DNA from: Protoeuglena noctilucae
Lineage: Eukaryota
Reading direction: 5' to 3'
DNA: 64,000 nt
NCBI GenBank assembly: GCA_958009085.1
Contig: OY253669.1
Span: forward strand, 1,674,001-1,738,000
Shown piece after piece: positions 50,401 through 59,898 of this stretch; within the stretch, counting starts at the first letter, position 1, and every line of letters begins with the position of its first letter. A program made the position numbers and the translations under genes. A model generated the notes under the pieces. That model ran no database searches, was not told the origin of the DNA, and worked only from the letters and a program-made list of their open reading frames with translations.

Positions 50401-51640
50401 GCTCTGGATGTCGCCGAGCTTCATCGCGCCTTGACTGCCGCGGTGCACCTGTGCTGACACACCGCACGCTGCCGACGCAGGCTGTGGGTGGCGGCGGCGC
50501 TGGCGGCGCTGCTGTCGGTCAGATCAACGCGCTGGCGGGTGGCGGGACCGGCACCACCGACCCCAAGAAGACGGGCGCCGGGGCTGGCGGCAACAACCCC
50601 ATCAACCAGGTGAGGGTGCAGGGCGCGCCGCTGTATTTGCACCTGGCAGCCTGGCTGGCTCGCGGCCCTGTCAGAGGCACGCGGCATCTTCTCGCGTTGC
50701 TCTCAGGCCGTGGGAGCGGGATCGTCTGGCTCTGGCACGGGCTCCGGCATCGTCGCGCAGATCAACGCGCTGACGGGTGGCGGGGCCGGTGGCGGCAACA
50801 ACCTGATCAACCAGGTGCGGTGACGTCTACAGGGGGCCTGCTGGGTACAGGGGGCCTGCTGGGCAAAGGATGTGCTGCAGCTGTGCATGCGTGGCGCGCT
50901 GTGCGACTTGATAATGCGCTGTGCCGGAGTCTGCGCCGCTGCGATCGTCAATTGGAGGCCCCGGCTGTCCTCGCCCATGCAGGCCGTGCCGGGCTCGGGC
51001 TCGGGCACTGGCTCGGGCACTGGCTCTGGCTCTGGCTCTGGCTCGGGCACTGGCTCGGGCACTGGCTCTGGCTCTGGCTCTGGATCTGGCTCGGGCTCGG
51101 GCTCGGGCTCGGGCTCTGGCTCTGGCTCCGGCTCTGGCGGCGCTCCTGTCGGTCAGATCAACGCGCTGGCGGGCGGCTCCGGCACCACCGACCCCAAGAA
51201 GACGGGCGCCGGGGCTGGCGGCAACAACCTCATCAACCAGGTGCGCGCGCAAGGCGTGGCGGTGCGTGGATGCTGGATGCTGGATGCTGCCGCTGGCCGC
51301 GTGCCTTGCTGCAGAGCGCTGGTAGCGTGGCTAGAGGTGTCGAGGAGCATCGACCGCGTCGCTATGCTTGTGTGGTGCAGGCCGTGGGCGGCTCGGGCGG
51401 CGGAGCTGTCGGGCAGATCAACGCGCTGGCCGGCGGCGGCGGCGGCGGCAACAAGCTCATCAACCAGGTGCGTGCGGCGTGACGGGTGCTGACGGGCCGC
51501 GATGCTGTCCGTTGCGGCCCCGTGGTGGTGACCCGTCGCGTGCCAAGCGCCCGCAGGCTTTGGGCGGTGGCTTCGGGCTGGGTGCCATCGGCCAGATCAA
51601 CGCGCTGGCAGGCTTGGGTGGCCGGCGGCTGGCCGCGTAG
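47465..51640 (+). CDS. Secreted collagen-like QINALAG/NNLINQ-repeat protein, copy B (7 exons: 47465-47590, 47747-50386, 50481-50609, 50707-50814, 50983-51240, 51381-51467, 51557-51640)
   Basis: Signal peptide [30 protein letters not shown] site; (Gly-Pro-Y)n domain; phase-0 module exons with GT-AG boundaries; ends GGRRLAA*. Confidence 0.85.
47867..50278 (+). repeat. 9-bp-periodic coding repeat: 268 triplets of (G/S)-P-Y
   Basis: 2412 nt; [18 protein letters not shown] triplets with periodic SPP. Confidence 0.95.
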
Positions 51641-51861
51641 CAAGCTGGTCTCCTCTAGAGTGCAACTAATCTTCTAGCTAGCACTTGATATTAGAGAGTG
51701 CACTGTCCTCGACTTAGAGAGTCTTGGAATGAGTTAGTACACTAGCCACTGGCTCGCCTTCTGCCTCGCCCTTTCTACTGCTGCTCGTCACTACGACTGT
51801 TAACGCATGAGACGCGCGCTAGCCTGTGCAAGGGCGACGTGACGCATGTGGGCCCCCGCAG

Positions 51862-54424
51862 GTGCACGGCTCGGCCCGCCCAGGCGGCCCCCGGAGCCAC
51901 CGCCAACCATAGCGACTGAGCATCTCGAGCAGATCGCCAAGGCGACCTCCGTTTCTGTGTCGCATGCGCGGCGCGGAAGACTGCCGGGAGATGGCGCCAG
52001 CGGCACCTTCGTCCGACTCCTCCCACGCCGGCATGCGAGAGCCACCGTGCCCGTCGCGCCTCTTGATAACGTCCCGATGCGTTGACCCGCAGCTCGGCCC
52101 CGGCGCGGCCTGCCGTCGCTGCAGCGAGCCATGGTTGGCTGCGCCATGCTACCTCCACATGGCAGCGCTGCCGCTGCGTGTGCAGTGACGTCATAGCTGC
52201 CATGAGCTTAAGTGTGCACTGGTGACATCATTTCCGCACACACGGTCCCTCCGCATCCCACGTCGCGACGCGGACATGCAGAAGGCCATCTGCACTGTGG
52301 CAGCCCTGCTGCTGCTCGCGGTCAGCGCATCGCGGGCGGCCGGTGAGTCCTCCAGCACGGCCCCGCATTCCACGAGGTGTGCAAAGCACATTCTGCCATC
52401 GACATGCCCTCCCCTCTCCCCCGTGCCCGCAGCCCAAGCAAACATCCTCCCGCATGATCAGGTGAGTGTATGGCTTCTGTGCGGTCCGCCGGTGCATCGA
52501 TGCCCATGCCGAGGCCCGGCACCCTCCACGCACACTTCAAGCGGGCTAGGGAGCTGCGGTGAGCCGCTGGCCTCGCATCCTGGCCTGGATCCATACCCCG
52601 AGTTTCCGTGGTCATGCCCCGCAGGCCCTGCAGCCTCGGCAGCTATCGGCGGTCTCCGGTGCCTTCCCGGACATTGAGGTCGACCTCGGGGAGCAGGTGA
52701 CGCGGAGCAGCTGCGGCGGGATGCACCGTGCATGCCGGTGCTGCTGGGGCCCGGCGCTGTGCCTGCGACCTTTCCATGCATGGCTGATGCACAAAGCCCC
52801 CAGGGCTGTACACCTCGACTGCGGGAGCAACCATCCCTTACTCTCCGGGAGCCTGGATCCTCAGGGATGTGATGTAACGTGCCCCTCGCAGGCCGTGAGG
52901 AGCCGGCGGCTGGCGCAGGGTCCCACGCCCAAGAGCTCGCCCACGCCCAAGAGCTCGCCCACGCCCAAGAGCTCGCCCACGCCCAAGAGCTCGCCCACGC
53001 CCAAGAGCTCTCCGACTCCGAAGGTGCCCCCGGCCCCGGCACCAAATGGTGCTGGTGGCAACAACCTCATCAACCAGGTACGTCGAGGCTGCTCTCGGCG
53101 CATGAGCTCTGGCGCCGGCAGCGGCATCGCATGCTGCATGAGGCCCCGCTGGCCGTTCGTGCGGTGCAGGTCGTGGGCGGCCTGTTCGGCGCACCCATCG
53201 GGCAGATCAACGCGCTGGCGGGCGGGAACGGCACCACCGACCCCAAGAAGACGGGCGCCGGGGCTGGTGGCAACAACCTCATCAACCAGGTGCCGCGCTG
53301 AGCCAGCGTCGCCGCCCCCAGCAGCAACATGCGACCGCGGCCAGCATGCCATGTCATGGGTCGAGGCGGGCGAGTGCCGTGGCTTCACACAGTGGAGACC
53401 ACGGAGTTGCCCCTGTCTGACCCCGTGCATGGCATGCATGCTGAAGGCGGGATCCAGAGCTTCGTTTCGCAGGCCGTGGGCAATGGGTTTGGGCTGGGAG
53501 CCGTGGGGCAGATCAACGCGCTGGCGGGTGGCGGGACCGGCACCACCGACCCCAAGAAGACGGGCGCTGGGGCTGGTGGCAACAACCTCATCAACCAGGT
53601 GCCACGCTGAGCCAGCGCGTCGTGTGTGGGTGCCGGCACAGACAACCGCGCGGGCGTCTGGGCCAGGGTCACAAGACAGCCAGCACCGCGCTCACGTAAT
53701 GCAGGTCGTGCGCGGCGCGGGAGTGGGGTCGGGCAGCGGCTCCGGGAGCGGCTCTGGCGGGTCGAGCGGCGCACCCGTTGCCCAGACCAACGCACAGCAG
53801 GGTGGCGGCTCCGGCAGCACCGACCCCAAGAAGACGGGCACGGGCACCGGCGGCGGCAACAACCTCATCAACCAGGTGCGGTCGCAGCGACTCGGCACCC
53901 TCTCCAGTGCCCGCCCGCCTGCTGCTGTGCGCCCTGAGCCATGCGCAGGGCTGCTCGGCTTCTTGGCACCGCGGCGCCGTGACCTGACCCGCCATCTCCA
54001 ACGCCGTGGCTCCCAGGCCGTGGGCAACAATGGGGCCGGTTCCGGGGCGGTCGGCCAGATCAACGCGCTCGCTGGCGGGGCGTCCGGGAACAACCTCATC
54101 AATCAGGCGACTGGGGCTCGCGAGCGTGCCGCCGACAGCCCCTTCATGGCGCGCCTTGCGCATCTGAGCCTGGTTCCCTGTTTGTCCGCAGGCGCTGGGG
54201 GGCCGGGGCAACGTTGGGCAGATCAACGCCCTGGCCGGCGGCAGGAGGCTGGCTGCCTGACGCACAGCCAGCAGACGAGAGAGCATGGCACCGGAGCCAC
54301 CATAGCACTTGCATGACACCTGACGTAGCGGTCTGTTCCTGGCGCTAGATGTCCACTAGACCCTAGGGCAGTGCCACTGCCGGTGGTTCAAGGTGCCTAG
54401 TGTCGACAGCCAAAGGCAGCGCGC
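51862..54424. repeat. Right arm of the 2563-bp inverted duplication (partner 38337-40899)
   Basis: See left arm. Confidence 0.95.
52276..54260 (+). CDS. Secreted QINALAG/NNLINQ-repeat protein, copy C (9 exons) with (PTPKSS)5
   Basis: MQKAICTVAALLLLAVSASRAA|AQANILPHDQ|ALQPRQ...GEQ|AVRSRRLAQG(PTPKSS)5..NNLINQ| four module exons |[22 protein letters not shown]. Confidence 0.8.
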
Positions 54425-54973
54425 TACTGCGCTTTCCGACACCCCCCGGGCACCGCAACCTGCTACTTGTCCGCCGCCCTTGATTCCCATCCCGGGAAAG
54501 CATCGCGGACTCCTGCTGCTTTCGCTCACAGCACGTAACCGGGCTCTGGCATTTCGTCCCGCCCTCTTCCTCCTCTCCACCGTCTGGTCCGTCGGGGCGT
54601 CCATCGACGGGCCCTCCCGCTCCGCCTTCGATCTCAAGTTCCGCCAGCGGCGGAGTTCCTGGACGAGGCCTCCACGGACATCCCCGGCCTGCCCCACCGA
54701 AAAGCTTTCGCGAGCGGGGCTTTCCTTACTGCCATAGGGTTGCGATGGATCCTCCGTGAGCTCGTCGGCGCCCCGCTGTGGCAGGCGCAAGCCGCAGCGG
54801 AGGCTGCAGTGGGACCCATGCCAGCCCACTGCACGCCGTGCCTGCGCTCCCATGCAGGCGACGTCACCGTGGGAGTGACGTCATGCGATTTTGGGGCTTA
54901 AAAGCCAGGTGAGGGGCCTCTCCCAGGCATAGTTCGGGCCGTCCCCGGCTGTGAACAGAGCCTTTTGCTTTGC

Positions 54974-56022
54974 ATGGGGGCTCGTCGCCGCGGCGTCGCG
55001 ACGGCGGCGGTGATCGTCGCAGCGGGTCTCTTCTCGCAGGCCCTGGCCTGGGCGCCGTCCTGCCTCGACTACGCGGCTGGCCTGTACGACGGAGGGTGCG
55101 GGTATCTCGGCTCTGTGGACCCAAGTGTCCTGTATGCCGACTGCCCGTCTCTGCGTGGGCCGCTTGGCGCCTGCGGGTACACGGGCGGCACTAACGCTGG
55201 ATCCGGGGGCACTGGCACGGGCAGCGGCGGCAGCGGCCAGACGAATGCGCAGTCGGGCTCTCCTTCGCCATCGCCCACTTCCGCCCCTACGCCTACCTCT
55301 GCGCCCCTGGCACCTCCTGTGGCGCAGATCAATGCTCTCGCAGGCTCTGGCGCCGGCCTTGGCGGCAACAACCTGATTAATCAGGTGAGGGAGTCTGCAC
55401 ATGGCCGGCGCGCCCCCCGCACAAGCGTAGCACGTGTTGGGCCCTGCCGCATGCAGAGCACCTGGGCTTCCCCTCTCGCCTCCTCAGGCAGTGACTGGGT
55501 CCGGCAGCGGCGGCAGCGGGTCGGGCGTCGTCGCGCAGATCAATGCGCTGGCGGGCGGCTCCGGCACCACCGACCCCAAGAAGACGGGCGCCGGGGCTGG
55601 CGGCAACAACCTCATCAACCAGGTGCGCGCGCAAGGCGTGGCGGTGCGTGGATGCTGGATGCTGGATGCTGCCGCTGGCCGCGTGCCTTGCTGCAGAGCG
55701 CTGGTAGCGTGGCTAGAGGTGTCGAGGAGCATCGACCGCGTCGCTATGCTTGTGTGGTGCAGGCCGTGGGCGGCTCGGGCGGCGGAGCTGTCGGGCAGAT
55801 CAACGCGCTGGCCGGCGGCGGCGGCGGCGGCAACAAGCTCATCAACCAGGTGCGTGCGGCGTGACGGGTGCTGACGGGCCGCGATGCTGTCCGTTGCGGC
55901 CCCGTGGTGGTGACCCGTCGCGTGCCAAGCGCCCGCAGGCTTTGGGCGGTGGCTTCGGGCTGGGTGCCATCGGCCAGATCAACGCGCTGGCAGGCTTGGG
56001 TGGCCGGCGGCTGGCGGCCTAG
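54974..56022 (+). CDS. Secreted QINALAG/NNLINQ-repeat protein, copy D (4 exons: 54974-55384, 55488-55622, 55763-55849, 55939-56022)
   Basis: Signal peptide paralogous to B; small four-Cys segment; SP/TP linker; module exons; ends GGRRLAA*. Confidence 0.8.
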
Positions 56023-56432
56023 CTCTAGAACACGGTGTGCTAGTTGCTAGCTAAAATGTTAGACTGCATGTAGTCTTAGCTGGTATTGAAATGGTCTAGT
56101 CAAATACCTTCCGCAACCCAATCCCGACCAGCCCACCTGCTCCCCACCCGATGTCTCCCCGGGCCGGCTGGTTAGTGTTCACTGGGTTGTCCCCAAAGAC
56201 TGGGGCAGTCTTGGCCCCGGGGAAACTGACGGACTGACGGGCGAAGTGGGTAGGGTACAAGGCTGTAGGTCAGGGTAACAAGACTGTAAACAGTCACAAT
56301 ACCAGACAGTTGGACGTCAGGCGTACTTCCTAAGTGCCCTCGTGTCAACGGTTTTAGAGTTGCGGTGACGGGGGTGCTCCATCGGTAAAACTCAGCTTGC
56401 CTGCAAGCCTCTGAGCTCGCCTGAGCTCGCCC

Positions 56433-57444
56433 ATGGCCGCCGACGACCAGCTCCGCAACTGGTTTAACAGTGTGGATCAGGACAGAGATGGCGTAATCAA
56501 GGCCGACGAGCTGGTGAGCTGGTAGCATTTGGTTTTCCGGGTCCTCGGCACGATCCCCGAGATTGGTTGATATATGTCCCTCCTCACTTTCCTTCGCGGG
56601 AATTGGCGGCGGATCGCCGCTGCCTCGTCTAGGGCGGCCGACCAAGGCTCTCCTCGTTCCCCATCTTGGGCGCCATCGGCAGCGTCGTCATCCACGTCTC
56701 GGTTGCGATGAGCATCTCTGGACATGGGCGCGCGTTGGGATCTCAGTCTCCCAGTCCCCCCTGACCGCAGAGGACGGCGCTCGAGGCAGGGGGCCTCAAG
56801 TACTCCCTCAATCAGGCCGGCCAGCTCGTCCGTATGTTCGACAGGGACAACAAGGTACGTCCAGCTGTCGTGCGGAGGCTGGTGCGCGGTAGGATTGGCT
56901 GCTGGGCAACGCAGAGTTGAGAACGTGGCTTTCGCAGGCCGCGCTGACGTACGAGCAGTACACGGACCTTCACAACTGGCTCATGCAAGTCAGGTGCGCT
57001 TCTCGCCAGCAGCAAGCGTTCTGATATTGCCAGGGCGACCTCCTGCGCTGAGCACTTGGTTCCCTTCCGTCCCAGGGAGTCCTTCATCCAGAACGACGTC
57101 GGCAAGAAGCGCAGTCTCACTTACTCCGAGGTCCAGGCGGCCCTGCAGGCGGCGGGATTCATCATCGACGCCACGCCGTTCCGGTGCGTGGACGCACGAG
57201 CTTCCCCCTCGCAGCGTCGCTCCGCGACCGCGCCCGACCCGCGGTCCCCCGCCGCTTTCGCAGGAGATTGTGCGATGTGTTCGACCCCACGCGCTCGGGG
57301 CACATCTTCCTCGAACAATTCGTCGGGATGTGCGCCTTCCTCAAAGGGGCATCTGCAGCCTTCCGGGCCTTCGACGGCGGCGGCCGCGGCGTCGTGGAGC
57401 TCGACTTCGGGCAGCTCATCTACGTCGGCACCTTCCTGCGGTGA
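56433..57444 (+). CDS. Penta-EF-hand calcium-binding protein (ALG-2/peflin/sorcin-like), 5 exons
   Basis: LRNWFNSVDQDRDGVIKADEL|RTAL...LVRMFDRDNK...FDPTRSGHIFLEQFV...AFRAFDGGGRGVVELDF. Confidence 0.88.
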
Positions 57445-57721
57445 CCCGGCCGGAGCTACCGTCCCCAGCACCACCTCCCCGACCCTCCACTGCGGCCCTC
57501 CTGCCGCGCCCTCCGGCAGGTGTACGCATCCCTGTCGGCCTTCAGGACTCTTCCTCGCATGTATGCTTCGACCTGCGTTCTACCCCATGCGTCCTACCCC
57601 TGTGCTCGCCCCCTTCAGTGACACACAGCACGAGTCCCCTCCCTTGCCTTTGTCCTGACCCAGGGGCTTTCTTTTCAACACAATGCCGCGCCACCCTTAA
57701 CGCCAGGTATTTGCTAGCACC

Positions 57722-59898
57722 CTAGCTACCCCCCGCGTCCCCCGTTCCCAGTGGCGGGGGCACCACCCCGCCGCCTTGCCTTGAAGGCTCCTCCCCCATT
57801 AACCAGCTGTCGACATGGTCAGGCGAAAGGAATGGCAGTGGGGAGGGCCACAGACCCGCCGTCACCTCCGCCGAATAGCGCTGGGCGGGCGGCACGTGCG
57901 ACGGCGTGACGTGGTGTTCGGGCAGCATGTGGTGTGCGGGCGGGATGCGATGTGCGGGTGCGATGTGGTGTGCGGGCGGCACGTGGTGTGCGGATGGCAC
58001 GTGGTGCGAAGTCTCCATTGCACCCATGGCTGTCCCTGCGGGGAAGCAAGCAAGCGGAGGTGGAGCGGTGCCCGCGCATCCCCACGCAAGCCACGCAAGC
58101 CACGAGGCACGAGGCAGGCGCCTCCATGCGCGTCTGCCTCCACCCTCGCCAGCCACAGCCCGACTTCCACCTGGGAAGGGCTCTCCTCCCGTCCCCACCG
58201 CCAGCGGCCCCGACGTTGCCACCGCCAGCGAACCCCCCACCCACTCGGGACCCTGGCTGTTGCGGAGTGGCCGCAGGAGGGAGGGCACCACGTGCGGCAT
58301 GGCCGACACGATGTGCAGCGCTTGCCGTGAGTGCTCTGGCTGGATGGTGCCGTGGTCCCGCAGTGCCGCCACCACCTCGAGCACACCCTGGCGCAGCGCT
58401 GGGGTAACAGGGGCGGGCGGGGCAGAGTGTTTAAGAGAGGGGTGGGGGGGACAGTGGGGTGGGAGGGGCAAGCAAGGCAGCGGAGATGCCAGGGACTGAG
58501 CTGCGGCATCGATGCCGGCGGCTCACCCGTCACGTCGGCCTGCAGCACCGCCAGCGCGCCCAACACTTCGGCGCGTAGGGTTTGGATCATCTCCATGGCA
58601 CTTTCCGTTGACACGGCAGCAGGCGCTGGGGCGGGGGCCTTAGCAGCGTCAGGCGGTGCGGTCACGATGTACTTGCCCAGGGACTGGGGGCGCGGGAAGG
58701 AGGCAGTAACTCGTTAGTGTGCGTGTGGGGGCATGAGGGGCAGTCAAGGCAGTTGCGCGTGTGGGAGCCCGGCAGGAGAAGAACGGGTGGCTTTGTGCGA
58801 TAACGCGGCTGTGAGAGGTGGGGCATCCAGGGCAGCGCGCCTGTCAGAGCGGGAGCCCACGGCCCTTTGGGCAGGCGACCGGGCCAGGCCCCCTCTCACC
58901 GTCCGGAAGTCTCGTGGGCCCGTGAAGAGTGGGGCTGCTGCGAGCCCCGTGCCCACCGCCACCACCGCCGCCGCCCCCGCCGCCGCTGCCTCGGCCCACT
59001 CGCGCATGCCCTCTTCCCCCGACCCCTCCCTGCGCCCGCTGCTGTCCCCCGGCGGCTGTCCCTCGGCGCCCTCGGTGCCACCCTCCTCCCCAGCGGTGGG
59101 GTGGCGCAGCAAGGGCCAGTATGTCGAGGCCCGCAGGTACCGCGTGAGGGCGAGGAACTGCGGCAGGGCGGAGCGGGGGGTGAGAGCACGGTGGGGGAGC
59201 TCCAGCGACGCGGCGCGTGGCCCCTTCCCAACTCGCACCGCTCCCGTCGCGCGTGTCGCGCGTGTGCAGGCGGCCGCTTTACCAACTCACCAGGGGCGTC
59301 TTGCGCAGGGGAGGGCGCTCTGCCATGGCGTTATACACCACCGGCAGGGGCACCAGCCGTAAGTGGCCCACCGTCGCCGCTTCCTCTCCGATGTGCTCCC
59401 GGAGCACAGCGCGCACGGATTGGGGTGCCACGAAGGCCCTGGGCAGAGGCGACGCAAGAAGTGACGTGAGGAGACGCGGGTGGACAAGAGTAGTGGGCCC
59501 AGACACCCCAGGCACCCCAGCGCGGTCGTTCCAGCACGGCAGCAGGCGGAAGGGTCGGCATCGCGTCAAGCCATGCAGTATGGGACTACCGGGTCGTGAT
59601 CGCGCTAAGCCATGCAGCATGGGACTGTCGCGGCGCGCTCACCCCACCCAGTAGAGAGGGTCCGGGGCCTGTGCTTGGAGGGGCTGGCGTGGCACCACCA
59701 GGCGCGCCACGCGTGGCCGGCTGAGCTTGCGGGCGTAGTTGGGGTCGAGGATCGGCTTGAGGTAAGACATCGGCACGAGGACATCGCCGGTGTCCTGGTC
59801 CTCCACGACGGGGCAGCACTCTGATGCAGACACCCCCACGGGCAGCACCCCGGGTCGCGACACTTGGGGGCCGGGGGCGGGGACCGTGGCGGCGCCAT
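57722..59898 (-). CDS. Hypothetical spliced protein with a C-terminal His/Pro hexapeptide repeat; start uncertain
   Basis: Minus-strand coding-like exons (DTGDVLVPMSYLKPILDPNY; QFLALTRYLRASTYWPLL; GVLEVVAALRDHG) and HHVPSA-HHVPPA-HHIAPA-HRIPPA-HHMLPE-HHVTPS. Confidence 0.45.

Noticed and set aside
47722..50460. 912-aa minus-strand ORF resembling flagelliform silk ([10 protein letters not shown]), plus Arg-rich ORFs in other frames
   Set aside because: Shadow of the Gly/Pro codon repeat. The signal peptide, splice sites and family modules are all on the + strand.
52922..53011. 18-bp tandem repeat (and its mirror near 39750-39840) considered as CRISPR-like
   Set aside because: No spacers, eukaryotic context, and it encodes (PTPKSS)5 within an exon.
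38337..54424. Inverted repeats interpreted as transposon TIRs (Polinton/MULE-like)
   Set aside because: The arms are a complete host-like spliced gene, the interior holds housekeeping genes, and no transposase, integrase or target-site duplication is visible.
50481..55849. Conserved GGCAACAACCTCATCAACCAG repeats separated by unique sequence, superficially an array with spacers
   Set aside because: Each copy ends at a splice donor, variation is largely synonymous and spacing is irregular. These are coding exon ends, and there are no cas genes.
59566..59630. Short tandem duplications in introns or low-complexity DNA (also 50827-50863 and 16072-16109)
   Set aside because: Ordinary slippage repeats with no evident function.
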